The notes: generated by a model not told the origin, from the sequence alone. A stretch of 64,000 nucleotides of DNA from an uncultured Methylomirabilota bacterium (GCA_963845565.1 CAWJSJ010000001.1:96001-160000); one strand, 5' to 3'. Numbered from the stretch's first letter, positions 27,773 to 37,627 are shown. Translations and numbers: made by a program.

Positions 27773-28668
27773 TACGCCTTGAGGTATTTGTTGAACCAAG
27801 CCACGCAGCGGGTCCAGGCGTCCTTGGCCGCCTCGGCGCGATAGCTCTGCCGGTAGTCCGCGTTGAACGCGTGCGGGGCGCCGGGATAGAGGATGAACTC
27901 CGCAGTCTTCCCGGCGGCCTTGAGCGCCGCCTCCATCTCCTTCACATCGGTCGCCGGGATTCCCTGATCCGCCTCGCCGTAGAGTCCCAAGACGGGCGCC
28001 GTGATCTTCGCAGCTACATCGAGCGGTCCGACGTCCCGGATGCCCGCCGCCTTGGCGGGTTTGATCGTCCCGTACCAGGGCACCGCAGCCTTGACGTCGG
28101 GATGGTGTGCGGCGAAGAGGAGAGTGTACATCCCGCCCCGGCAGAACCCCGTCACGCCGATCCGGTCGGCGCGAGCCGCCGGATGGGCCTTCGCGTAGGC
28201 CACCAGCGCGTCGAGATCGCCCATAGCCTGGGCATCGGAGACCGAGTTGGCAACCTTCATCACGGCCGGCTGATCGGGAAGTTGGAGCGTGCCGCCTTCA
28301 CGGGCGTAGGTCTCGAACGTGATGGCGAGAAACCCTTCCTTGGCGAAGCGTCGGGCCACGTCCTTGATGTGCTCGTGCATCCCCCACACCTCGGGAATGA
28401 CCAGGACGACCGGATAGCGTCCCGCCGCGGCCGGCCGCGCCTCGTAGATCGGGACTTGAAACCCACCGGAGGATACCTTGGTGTCGGTGACTGTGAGTCC
28501 CTCGGTAGAGGTCGTGATGACCTGGGCGGCGACCGGATCTGCGGCAATCGCGAAACCGGCCAGACTGACGCCGGTCACTCCGACGCCGGCCAGAAACTGC
28601 CGGCGCGATACACCCTCTCCTGCGTTAGACAGCCAATCGTCGGTGTCGGTCAAGCGTCGCGTGCTCAT
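27772..28668 (-). CDS. Dienelactone hydrolase family protein with Tat signal
   Basis: SRRQFL twin-arginine motif, PEVWG, GFCRGG nucleophile, D and HAF triad residues. Confidence 0.9.
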   Translation of the reverse strand: MSTRRLTDTDDWLSNAGEGVSRRQFLAGVGVTGVSLAGFAIAADPVAAQVITTSTEGLTVTDTKVSSGGFQVPIYEARPAAAGRYPVVLVIPEVWGMHEHIKDVARRFAKEGFLAITFETYAREGGTLQLPDQPAVMKVANSVSDAQAMGDLDALVAYAKAHPAARADRIGVTGFCRGGMYTLLFAAHHPDVKAAVPWYGTIKPAKAAGIRDVGPLDVAAKITAPVLGLYGEADQGIPATDVKEMEAALKAAGKTAEFILYPGAPHAFNADYRQSYRAEAAKDAWTRCVAWFNKYLKA

Positions 28669-29030
28669 CTGCTCTCGTCTCCTCTGTGTGTGCGTGTTCC
28701 GATTCGGGTCGCTGCGGCGGCGGCGCGGAGTGGAGCCCACTACCGTACCCCTCCGGGGATTGGCGTTGACCAACGGGTCACCGCATCGCGCCCCTCTCGC
28801 CGCGTTGACCAAAATGTGTACCGGATGGTACAGCGCCAACAGGACGTACGCAATCCTGTTTTGCTGCCCTGTGAACTCGCCAGGGCCCAGGGGAGGCCTT
28901 GGCGATTTGCTTGCCTGGCTCATGCAACGTTGGTATGCTCGGCGCGCCTCGGGACTTCGTTTGGCACCCAACGGCTGTGTGCCTCGCCGCCGTTGGAAAC
29001 GTGGGGTCGTCCTACTAAGGAGAGGGAATC

Positions 29031-30014
29031 ATGATGCGGAAGATCGGCTGGCTTGCGCTCGCGATGGGGTTCGCCGTGGTCTGCGTTCTGCCTTCCCCGG
29101 CCGCGTGGGCCGGTGAGAAGATCACCATCAAGCTCGGCCACGTCTTGGACACCAAGCATCCCTACCACATCGGCGCCGAACACTTTGCGAATCGGGTGCG
29201 CGAATTGACAAGCGGACGGGTCGAGGTCCAGGTGTTTCCCAGTTCGCAGCTCGGCGGCGAGCGGGAGATGGCCGAGGCGATTCAGTTCGGGACGCTGGAG
29301 TCCGCCGCGATCATGGCGGCCGTCGCCGGCCGGTTCGTGCGCGAGTTTGACATCTTCAACCTGCCCTTCCTGTTCCGCGACTTCGCGCATGTCTACAAGG
29401 TGCTGGACGGGCCGTTCGGGGAGGAATTGAACCAGGCGTCGATCAAGAAAGGATTCCGGCAGCTCGGCATCTATGTGGGCGGGTCGCGGAGTGTCTACGC
29501 GCGAAAACCGGTCAGCGATCTGGCGTCGCTGAAGGGCATGAAGATCCGGACGATCGAGTCCCCCGTGGTGGTCGCCACCTGGAAGGCCCTGGGCACGATC
29601 CCCACGCCCACGCCGATGCCCGAGGTGTACACCGCCATCCAGCAAGGGATGGTGGACGGCGGGGAGGGGAACGTGATCAGCTACAACAACATGAAGTTCG
29701 ACGAGGTGGCCCCGTTTCTCTCCCACATCAAGTACCTGATCACGATCGAGCCCGTCTTTATCAGCGAGAAGTTTCTCCAGGCCCAGCCCCCCGACATACA
29801 GAAGGCCATCCTGCAGGCGGGCAGGGAATCCGTTCCGGTGGAGCGAAAAGCCAACGAGGAGCAGGAGGCCAAGGTCGTGGAGACGTTGCGGGCAAAGGGG
29901 CGAACCGTCGTGGTCCCCGACGTCACCCCGTTTCAGAAAGCCGTCGAGCCCGTCTATGAGCAGTACGGAAAGTCGATCGGGCTGGACAAGATTCGGATGA
30001 TCCAGAGCCAGTAG
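29031..30014 (+). CDS. dctP: TRAP transporter substrate-binding protein
   Basis: Signal peptide, FPSSQLGGE, LKGMKIR, EVYTAIQQG.VDG.E. Confidence 0.92.
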   Translation: MMRKIGWLALAMGFAVVCVLPSPAAWAGEKITIKLGHVLDTKHPYHIGAEHFANRVRELTSGRVEVQVFPSSQLGGEREMAEAIQFGTLESAAIMAAVAGRFVREFDIFNLPFLFRDFAHVYKVLDGPFGEELNQASIKKGFRQLGIYVGGSRSVYARKPVSDLASLKGMKIRTIESPVVVATWKALGTIPTPTPMPEVYTAIQQGMVDGGEGNVISYNNMKFDEVAPFLSHIKYLITIEPVFISEKFLQAQPPDIQKAILQAGRESVPVERKANEEQEAKVVETLRAKGRTVVVPDVTPFQKAVEPVYEQYGKSIGLDKIRMIQSQ

Positions 30015-30029
30015 CAGGCGCCGACCGTG

Positions 30030-30539
30030 ATGGCTGATCAGTCACCCGAGAGGAGTCGCTTGTCCGTTGGTCGAGCGGTCATGACCGTCTTCACCCATCC
30101 CGTCGAGTGGGCCTGCGGGCTCCTGATGGCCGCCATCACCACGGTGGTGTTCCTGCAGGTCTTCACGCGCTACGTCCTGGCGTACCCGTGGGGGTGGCCC
30201 GAGGAACTGGCGCGGATTCTGTTCGTGTGGGTCGCACTCCTGGGAGCGGTCCTGGCGTTCCGGAGAGCCGGACACTTCAGCATCGAAGCGTGTGTCGGTC
30301 GCCTGCCGGCGCCGCTGCGGCGCGCGGTCGCGTTGTCCATGCGGTGGGTTCTCCTGGGCTTTCTCCTGTTGGTGGCGTACCTCGGTCTGCAAGCCACGCT
30401 CCGGGTGCGGGAGCAATTGACCACCGCCATGGAGATTTCCATCAGCTGGGGGTACGCCTCCGTGCCGGTGAGCTTCGCCTGCATGGCGTTTGAGATGGCG
30501 CGCTTTCTCTGGCAGGACCTGCGCGGTTTTCCGAAATGA
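30030..30539 (+). CDS. dctQ: TRAP transporter small permease
   Basis: Four TM segments, QVFTRY, WPEELAR, H motif. Confidence 0.88.
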   Translation: MADQSPERSRLSVGRAVMTVFTHPVEWACGLLMAAITTVVFLQVFTRYVLAYPWGWPEELARILFVWVALLGAVLAFRRAGHFSIEACVGRLPAPLRRAVALSMRWVLLGFLLLVAYLGLQATLRVREQLTTAMEISISWGYASVPVSFACMAFEMARFLWQDLRGFPK

Positions 30540-31816
30540 TCGCCCTCCTGTTCGGCGCCTTGGCAGTTCTGATCCTCCTCAACGCTCCCATCTCTTTGGC
30601 CCTCGGACTCGCGTCCACCATTGCGGCGGCGGTCCAGGCCAAGGGGCCGCTCCTCTTCTTGCCGCAAAAGATCTATACCGCGCTCGATTCGTTTCCGCTG
30701 CTGGCGGTCCCGCTCTTCATTCTGGCCGGATCCTTCCTGGAAACGGGTGGAGTGGGCCGGCGGCTGGTCAACCTGGCGAACGTGATGGTGCGCCACTTTC
30801 CGGGTGGGCTGGGCATGGTGGTCGTGGTGGCGACGATGATCTTCTCCGAGGTGTCGGGATCCTCGGCGGCGGATGCGGCGGCGATCGGGTCGGTCACCAT
30901 CCCGGCCATGCTGCGGCTCGGGTACACGCCGGCGTTCGCCACGGCCGTCGTCGCGGCGGCGGGGGGCGCCGCCGTCCTCGTCCCGCCCAGCATCGCCGCC
31001 GTGATCTACGGATGGCAGGCCAACACCTCGGTGGGGGCGCTGTTCGCCGCCGGCTTCATCCCCGGCTTTGCCACCGCACTCGCCTTGATGGTGTATATCT
31101 ACGTCACGGCGCGGCGGCACAACTTCCCCATCGAGACGAAGGCGACCTGGGCCGAGACCGGTCAGGCGATCCGGGAATCGCTGCCTGCCTTGCTCATGCC
31201 CATCATCATCCTGGGGGGCATTTTCGGAGGCTTCTTCACCGCCACCGAATCGGCCGCTGTGGCGGTGATCTACGGGGTCGTGGTCGCATTGTTCTACTAT
31301 CAGGAGATCACATGGCGGGACTTGCCGGGGATCCTGGTGGAGTCCGCCGTGACGACCGGGATCGTCGGGCTCCTGCTGGGCATGGCGGCCATCTTCGGGT
31401 ATGTGTTGACAACTCTGCAGGTTCCCCTGAAGCTGGCGAACGCCATCATGGCCGTCTCGGACAGCCGGTGGGTGTTCCTGGTGCTGGTCAACCTGCTCCT
31501 CCTGGTGGCGGGTTGTTTCCTGAACGCGACGGCCATCCTGGTGGTGATCGTGCCGATCCTGCTCCCCATGGCGGAGCGGTTCCAGATCGATTTCGTGCAT
31601 TTCGGGATCATGATCATCGCCAACCTGGGGATCGGCTATGTGACGCCGCCGGTCGGGACCTGTCTGTACGTGGCATGCAGCATCTCGAAGGAGCCACTGG
31701 ATCGCGTCGTTCGGCCGCTCGTTCCCCTGCTGCTCGTGATGGTGGCCATGCTGGCGGTCGTGACGTTCGTCCCGGAGATCACGCTGTTCGTGCCGCGGTG
31801 GCTGTATGGGAAGTGA
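30536..31816 (+). CDS. dctM: TRAP transporter large permease
   Basis: LLAVPLFILAG, SGSSAADAA, VPPSI, TATESAA, TPPVG. Confidence 0.93.
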   Translation: MIALLFGALAVLILLNAPISLALGLASTIAAAVQAKGPLLFLPQKIYTALDSFPLLAVPLFILAGSFLETGGVGRRLVNLANVMVRHFPGGLGMVVVVATMIFSEVSGSSAADAAAIGSVTIPAMLRLGYTPAFATAVVAAAGGAAVLVPPSIAAVIYGWQANTSVGALFAAGFIPGFATALALMVYIYVTARRHNFPIETKATWAETGQAIRESLPALLMPIIILGGIFGGFFTATESAAVAVIYGVVVALFYYQEITWRDLPGILVESAVTTGIVGLLLGMAAIFGYVLTTLQVPLKLANAIMAVSDSRWVFLVLVNLLLLVAGCFLNATAILVVIVPILLPMAERFQIDFVHFGIMIIANLGIGYVTPPVGTCLYVACSISKEPLDRVVRPLVPLLLVMVAMLAVVTFVPEITLFVPRWLYGK

Positions 31817-31819
31817 CGG

Positions 31820-31866
31820 GAGGAGAGCCGAGAACGGAGAGCGCAGAGCCGAGCCGCGAGCCGCGA
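31820..31866 (+). repeat. Degenerate heptamer repeat (GAGAGCC/CGAGCCG)
   Basis: ggagagccgagaacggagagcgcagagccgagccgcgagccgcga. Confidence 0.45.
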
Positions 31867-32005
31867 TGAGGTGGAGAAGCGGGGAGAGAGACGGGGGCAG
31901 ATTTGCTTTGTCGCATGCACGGGGCGTTTCATGGAGTACAATGAACCCGCGGGTCGTGATGTCGAGTGGGGACTGCGCGTCGAACCCTAACCGAAGGAGG
32001 AGGAC

Positions 32006-32302
32006 ATGGCAGGGATGAAGGAGTTCGCCAACCTGTTCTACCGTGAAGGGGCTCTCGATCCGAAGACCGCCCAGCTCGTCGCCATGGCCGCCATGTCGGC
32101 GGCCGGTTGCACCAGTTGAGTGCCCTCCCGCTTCGCGGCCGCGAAGCAAGCCGGTGCCACCGAGGACGAGATCATGGAGACGCTGTATTACGCCATGCGC
32201 GGCCGGGCCCGTGCCGCCTGGAGCACCATCAAGTACATCGACGGCATCGAGGACCTGAACAAGAAGTACGAAGCCAAGTACAAGGAAGGCACCGGTAAGT
32301 AG
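32006..32302 (+). CDS. AhpD/carboxymuconolactone decarboxylase-like protein, probable selenoprotein (CTSU)
   Basis: RBS AGGAGGAGG; MAGMKEFANLFYREGALDPKTAQLVAMAAMSAAGCTS-TGA-VPSRFAAAKQAGATEDEIMETL...; TGA at 32117-32119 in the CxxC position, with family motifs on both sides of it. Confidence 0.8.
32130..32147 (+). promoter_or_regulatory. Putative bacterial SECIS hairpin
   Basis: GCTTCGC-GGCC-GCGAAGC beginning 10 nt after the UGA; loop starts with G. Confidence 0.6.
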
Positions 32303-32322
32303 CCGAGCGATCGGTACGGTTC

Positions 32323-32365
32323 CCGACGGCCCCGTTCGCTCCGGCGAAGGGGCCGTCGGTTTCTT
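32323..32365 (+). terminator. Rho-independent terminator
   Basis: CCGACGGCCCC..TTCGC / GCGAA..GGGGCCGTCGG stem followed by TTTCTT. Confidence 0.75.
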
Positions 32366-32416
32366 CCATGCGCCTTCGGCGGAACGGTGAACGCCGCAGG
32401 GCGAGCGGGGTCAGGC

Positions 32417-33934
32417 ATGTCGCGAACGTCACAGGAAGCCTACGATGCGTTGATCCGGCGAGTCAAGGCCGTCTCGCTGTTGGGGTCGTGCGGGGCCGTG
32501 TTGCACTGGGACCATCAGACCTACATGCCTTCCAAGGGGGGCGCCCATCGCGCCGAACAGCTCGCGCTGCTCGCCGGATTGTGCCACGAACAGTTCACGG
32601 CACCGGAGATCGGCGACCTGCTCTCCTTGGCCGAGACGGGCGAGCGCCCGTGGGAAGCCGGGTCGGCGGCGGCGGTCAACCTGCGTGAGATCCGTCGTGC
32701 CTACGACCGGGCCACCCGCATCCCGGCGGCGCTGGTGCAGGAACTGGCGCGCACCGCGACCCTGGCGCAGGATGTCTGGGTGGAGGCACGCAAGGCGTCG
32801 GACTTCGGCCGATTCCGGCCCTGGCTGGAAAAACTCGTCGGCCTGAAACGAGAGGAGGCGCAGGCCGTGGGGCGGGGCGGCGGCCTCTACGATGCCCTCC
32901 TGGACGAGTACGAACCGGGGGAGACGGCGGCGCGGCTGACGCTGGTCTTCGCAGAGCTCCGGACCGCCCTGGTCGATCTGGTGGGGCGAATCGCGGGCTC
33001 CGGACGTCGTCCGGACGGTACGATCCTGCGTCGCCTGTATCCCATCGCCGCGCAAGAGGCGTTCGGGAAATCCGTGGTGGCCGCCTTTGGCTTTGACTTC
33101 CAGGCGGGCCGGTTGGACGTGACCACTCACCCTTTCTGCAGCGGGATCGGTCCGGGCGACACGCGCCTCACCACGCGGTATGATCTCCACGATTTCGGCG
33201 ACGCCTTCTTCAGCATCCTCCACGAGGCGGGGCACGGGCTCTACGATCAGGGACTGGACGCCGGACACTACGGCACGCCCATGGGCGAGGCGGTCTCGCT
33301 GGGGATTCATGAGTCCCAGTCTCGGCTCTGGGAGAATTTCGTGGGGCGCAGCCGGGCGTTCTGGGAATATTGGCTCCCCCGGGCGCGTCAGGCGTTTCCA
33401 GAGGCCCTGGCGGGGGTTGATCTGGATGGCCTGGTCTTTGCCGTCAACGAGGTGCGATCCTCCTTCATCCGAGTGGATGCCGATGAGGCGACGTACAACC
33501 TCCACATCGTGTTGCGTTTCGAACTAGAGCAAGCCCTGATCGTCGGCGACCTGGCGGCGGCCGACTTGCCGGCCGCCTGGAACGAACGCATGGTGCGGTA
33601 TCTGGGATGCGCGCCGCCCGACGACGCGCAGGGGTGTCTCCAGGATATCCACTGGAGCGGGGGCAGCTTTGGCTATTTTCCAACCTACACGCTCGGAAAC
33701 CTCTACGCCGCGCAGTTCTTTGCAAAGGCGCAGGCCGAGCTGGGGGACCTCGGCGAGCAATTTCGCCGGGGGGAATTCCTGCCGCTCAGGGAGTGGCTGC
33801 GCGAGAAAATCCACCGGCCCGGCCAACGGTCCCGCGCCGCCGAGTTGGTGGCCGCAGTGACGGGGGAGCCGTTGAACCCGGCGTATCTGCTCCGGCATCT
33901 GCGGGAGAAGCTTGGGGCGCTGTACGGGGTGTAG
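32417..33934 (+). CDS. Carboxypeptidase M32 (Taq-type)
   Basis: WD..T.MP, HPF, HEAGH, HESQS, IRVDADE, GCLQDIHW, GYFPTYTLG. Confidence 0.95.
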   Translation: MSRTSQEAYDALIRRVKAVSLLGSCGAVLHWDHQTYMPSKGGAHRAEQLALLAGLCHEQFTAPEIGDLLSLAETGERPWEAGSAAAVNLREIRRAYDRATRIPAALVQELARTATLAQDVWVEARKASDFGRFRPWLEKLVGLKREEAQAVGRGGGLYDALLDEYEPGETAARLTLVFAELRTALVDLVGRIAGSGRRPDGTILRRLYPIAAQEAFGKSVVAAFGFDFQAGRLDVTTHPFCSGIGPGDTRLTTRYDLHDFGDAFFSILHEAGHGLYDQGLDAGHYGTPMGEAVSLGIHESQSRLWENFVGRSRAFWEYWLPRARQAFPEALAGVDLDGLVFAVNEVRSSFIRVDADEATYNLHIVLRFELEQALIVGDLAAADLPAAWNERMVRYLGCAPPDDAQGCLQDIHWSGGSFGYFPTYTLGNLYAAQFFAKAQAELGDLGEQFRRGEFLPLREWLREKIHRPGQRSRAAELVAAVTGEPLNPAYLLRHLREKLGALYGV

Positions 33935-34087
33935 CAGGCTGCTGAAAAAGGCCCATCTGCGGCGTTGGCCCGCCTCGCCACTCGCTGCGGCGTACCTCCA
34001 GTACGCCTCGCTCGGGCTACGGCGTGCCGCCTGGCATCTGGGCCTTTTTGAGCAGCCTGGGTAAGACCGAGTTTTTCAGCATTGCAG
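33932..34087 (+). repeat. Dispersed MITE/REP-like element, copy 4
   Basis: TAGCAGGCTGCTGAAAAAGGCCCA...TGGGCCTTTTTGAGCAGCCTG...GTTTTTCAGC. Confidence 0.85.
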
Positions 34088-34183
34088 CAGGCGCCGCGGG
34101 CATCGCGCGGCGACGGGCGCATCCCTCCGGACTGGCGGACGGATCCGGTCGCCCTGACCGCTGAATGCTGACAGGCTGATGGC

Positions 34184-35239
34184 TTACGCGATGTAGGGCA
34201 GTTCGTCCGGCAGGCCGAGATCTCCCAGGACCTCGGCCAGGGCCGCGCAGGTCTTCTCGTTCAGGGGAATCCCTTCGCGCTCGCGCCTGGCCGCGTGCTC
34301 TCGGGACCGCTCGCCGGGGATGTGGACCGGGCCGACGCCTGGCATGGGGCGAGCGGACTTCATGTATGCGGTGAGTTGGTCCACCTGGACCCGGAACTCC
34401 GCGGGCGGCAAGAACCAGGCAGGATTCAGCGCCAGGACGAAGACCCCGTTCATTTCCTCCGGCCCCGGATGGGGATTGGCGCAGCCGGCGCCGGACAGGA
34501 TTCCCGCCAGCACCTCCACCATCAAGCTCAGCGCGTATCCGCGATGGCCTCCGCCGGGGAGGAGGAACCCGGGCGGCTTCCCGAAGAGACTGGCAGGATC
34601 ACGGGTGGGTGCGCCGCCGGCGTCGATCAGCCAACCCTCCGGCGCCTGTTCGCCTCGGAGCAGGAGTTGGCGGACCTTGCCGTGGGCCGCGGCGCTGGTC
34701 GAGAAGTCGAATAAAATGCCGGGTCCGGTTCCCCCGGGAATTCCCACCGCGATGGGATTCGTGGACAGCCGTCCATCCATCCCGCCCCAGGGGACCACCG
34801 CTTGCCCGGCCCCCGAATCATTCACGGTGACGAAACCGATCAGGCCGGCATCCTTGATGGTCTGGACGTAATCCGCCAGGCGTCCGACGTGATTGCTGTG
34901 CTTCGCCGTGACCACACCGATGCCGCCGCTGCGGGATCGGTCGAGTGCGATCTGGGTGGCAAATCGCGCGACCACCTGGCCGAAGGCCTGCCGGCCGTCC
35001 ACCTGTACGGCGAACCCGCGCTCGTCCGCAATCGCCGGTTGCGCGGCGGGGTTGAGGAGGCCGTTCTTCCACCATTCGTGGTACTGCGCCAGACGAAACA
35101 CGCCGTGCGAGGCGTAATCGCACAGATTCGCTTCCACCAGAGCACATCCCACGGTCTCGGCGGTGTCCCGGGGGGCGCCCATCCGTTCACAGACGCGGAT
35201 CACGAGGGATCGCAGACCATCCGCACGCAGGGTTCGCAC
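34184..35239 (-). CDS. Ldh_2 family (malate/L-lactate/sulfolactate-type) dehydrogenase
   Basis: SHGV, VDG..AFGQ, NHVGRL, TNPIA, GGHRGYAL, IPGE; GTG start after GGAGG. Confidence 0.9.
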   Translation of the reverse strand: MRTLRADGLRSLVIRVCERMGAPRDTAETVGCALVEANLCDYASHGVFRLAQYHEWWKNGLLNPAAQPAIADERGFAVQVDGRQAFGQVVARFATQIALDRSRSGGIGVVTAKHSNHVGRLADYVQTIKDAGLIGFVTVNDSGAGQAVVPWGGMDGRLSTNPIAVGIPGGTGPGILFDFSTSAAAHGKVRQLLLRGEQAPEGWLIDAGGAPTRDPASLFGKPPGFLLPGGGHRGYALSLMVEVLAGILSGAGCANPHPGPEEMNGVFVLALNPAWFLPPAEFRVQVDQLTAYMKSARPMPGVGPVHIPGERSREHAARREREGIPLNEKTCAALAEVLGDLGLPDELPYIA

Positions 35240-35394
35240 GGTCGCCTCCTCTTCCAAACACCTCTCAGGACATCTGCGCCGGGAAAACACGGAACCGCAG
35301 ACCACACCGCGTGCCCGGACGTCCGGAGGCGGAGCCTCCGGAACGTCCGGGCACTCTAGAAAATCTGCGGCATCGGTCCGGGTCGAAGGTGTGG

Positions 35395-35802
35395 CTATAC
35401 GCCCTGGCGTTCGGGCCTCGGAAGGTTGGTCCCGATCTCGATCAGGTGCCCCTCCGGGTCGCGGAAGAGGACCGTCCGTTGACCCCACGGCCGATCCGTG
35501 GGCACACCGATGAATTGGACGCCGCGCCCGGACAGTTCTCGATGTGCGCGATCCACATCGTCCACCAGGATCGTCACCGACGCGTCGTGCGCGCCGGCGG
35601 CGGGCCGGACCGCGTGCTCCGCTCCCGCCATCTCTGCGATGCGCGCGCGGCTCATGAGCGCAAACTTGGCGCCCTCCACGGCGAACTCCGCGTACCCCTC
35701 GGCCTTCAGGCGTACAGGCAGGCCGACCTTGTTGGCGTAAAAGTCCATGGTGCCCACAAAATCATCCACGAACAGGACGACATACCCCAGATACCAGAGC
35801 AT
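35395..35802 (-). CDS. VOC family (glyoxalase/bleomycin resistance) protein
   Basis: FY...VG, VDDVD, PWGQR..FRDPEGH.IE. Confidence 0.88.
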   Translation of the reverse strand: MLWYLGYVVLFVDDFVGTMDFYANKVGLPVRLKAEGYAEFAVEGAKFALMSRARIAEMAGAEHAVRPAAGAHDASVTILVDDVDRAHRELSGRGVQFIGVPTDRPWGQRTVLFRDPEGHLIEIGTNLPRPERQGV

Positions 35803-35990
35803 CGGTTTCTCCTCTAGCTTCGACGTTGGAGATCGGTACTGCGAACCATACCATGAGCGGGTTATGGATAACCCACCTGCGCCTATCTGTCAAGGTCGCC
35901 GACGAACTCTGTGGCGGACACGCGGGGGCGCGAACGGGGTTGGGTCGCGCGGTGGCGGGGACATCCCGTCCCGCCGGGGCAAGGGCCGCC

Positions 35991-36027
35991 AAAAAGAAAA
36001 ACCCGGCGACGGGCGTCGCCGGGTTTC
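35991..36027 (-). terminator. Rho-independent terminator of the cold-shock gene
   Basis: AAACCCGGCGAC-GGGC-GTCGCCGGGTTT with an A run on + (U tail on -). Confidence 0.8.
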
Positions 36028-36053
36028 GGATGTCAGAGTCTCGGATGCCGCGC

Positions 36054-36266
36054 CTACTGCGCGACTACCTTGGTCACGTTGGCGGCTTGCTTTCCTTTCG
36101 GGCCGTCCACGACTTCGAATTCGACTTCCTGCCCCTCGCTCAGCGACCGGAAGCCCGTGCCCTCGATGGCGGTATAATGGACGAATACGTCATCACCGTC
36201 TGACCGCTCGATGAACCCGTAACCCTTCGCGTCGTTGAACCATTTCACTTTTCCGGTGAGCCTCAC
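36054..36266 (-). CDS. Cold-shock protein (CspA family)
   Basis: [41 protein letters not shown]. Confidence 0.96.
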   Translation of the reverse strand: MRLTGKVKWFNDAKGYGFIERSDGDDVFVHYTAIEGTGFRSLSEGQEVEFEVVDGPKGKQAANVTKVVAQ

Positions 36267-36485
36267 TTCCCAACCTCCTTCTTTCCAAACGCGGGTCGTA
36301 TCACCGGCGGAGACGTCGGACTGAATCGCCCGCGCCCGCCCTCCGGTCCCCCTGCTGGGGCCGGCACAAAAAGAAAAACCGCGACAGCGGCCTCAGCACG
36401 CGATCGCGGCTCCAATAGCAGGGCATGCATACAAACGTAACGTCCAAGGCTTCATACCAGATCACTTCCAGCGTAAACGGCGCGC

Positions 36486-36514
36486 ACGTTATCGTGGCTG
36501 GAAGGGGTTGTCAA
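36486..36514 (-). promoter_or_regulatory. sigma70-like promoter giving a ~210-nt csp 5' leader
   Basis: Reverse strand TTGACA-17 nt-TAACGT. Confidence 0.55.
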
Positions 36515-36688
36515 GGGGTTTCTGCAAGGATGTCTGGAAACCATAGGAATATAGGGGATCGGTGGACAGCGCCACGCCGTGGACGGTGCCGCATGGCGCC
36601 GGCGTGCGGGCAGGGCCGATGGCTCATCGAGTCGAGGGCCCAGCACACGCCGGGCTCGGTCGGCGAGACGCGAACTCCCACGCCGGCG

Positions 36689-36979
36689 TCACCAGAGCTT
36701 GACGCCCTTGTACACAAAGATCCAGGCGGGAATCTTCTTGATCATCTGCTGCTGTATCTCTTGCCCCGAGACGTTGTTCATCATCAGGTCGAATCCGATC
36801 TCCGCAAACCGCCAGCCTGCCGCGATTCCTGCCGTCAGGGCGATCACGCTGATCAGATAGTTGAGCCACGCGCCCCAGTGGAGGATCCGTGGGAGCAGGC
36901 GCCTGCGGGCCGTCGGAGACCGTCGGAGAAAGTGCAAGCGGGAATCGCTCTCATGCAACAACAGTTCACCGATAGACAT
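36689..36979 (-). CDS. Hypothetical small membrane protein (96 aa)
   Basis: RBS GGAGGTGA before the ATG; one hydrophobic segment WLNYLISVIALTAGIAAGW. Confidence 0.6.
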   Translation of the reverse strand: MSIGELLLHESDSRLHFLRRSPTARRRLLPRILHWGAWLNYLISVIALTAGIAAGWRFAEIGFDLMMNNVSGQEIQQQMIKKIPAWIFVYKGVKLW

Positions 36980-37223
36980 GTCGTCACCTCCATGAGTGTG
37001 AGGGGCGCGCCCTGCACATACCGTCTCTCGGGCTTGCCCCGTCCTCATCCCCTCGCGAAATCTCTGCCGTGCCGGCCACGGATTCGCTCTGCAGATCGGT
37101 TCGCCCCACGCCATGGCCGGATCGGCTTGGGAGGCACCATGTGTGCGTGCCGGGTCGGCATTTCAGGGTTCGATCCGGGGGCGTCACGCACCCTGCGAAT
37201 GTCCCACCCGGAACCATACTGGG

Positions 37224-37238
37224 GCAAGATGTGTGCCC
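37224..37238 (-). promoter_or_regulatory. Possible sigma54 promoter
   Basis: Reverse strand GGGCACACATCTTGC (GG-N10-GC). Confidence 0.45.
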
Positions 37239-37627
37239 AGTCGGTCAACAATTAAGATGACAGATATCCGTTTGGCGGGTAACCGCAGAGCGCCGCTCGA
37301 CGATTCGAAACCCCGGGATCGTCTGCGGGATTCGGAGCCCGCGACGTCCGGCGGAACAAAAGCGTAAGGAATTCCGACAACAGGGCGCAGATCCGGACGG
37401 GAAAGGGACCTCGGGGGCGTTTCGCGGCCCAATGGCCATCACGCGGCACCCGCTCCGCGGGGGTCGTGACGATTCAGACGGTTTGCCGCGATCGAATCGC
37501 GTTCGAGTGTCCACCACACCCGGCGCGTGCGCTCCCGATCGAATTTGTGGTACAGTACCTCACGCAGATCGCGCAGCGCGCTGCGAGTGTCGTGTTGCGA
37601 CCGGATGGGGGAGGAGAAAGACGCGCC

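Noticed and set aside
32120..32302. 60-aa ORF starting at the GTG after the TGA as an independent gene, or the locus as a pseudogene
   Set aside because: The GTG has no RBS, and family motifs span the TGA, which sits exactly at the CxxC position with a 3' hairpin. Sec read-through explains it better, though a nonsense mutation is not formally excluded.
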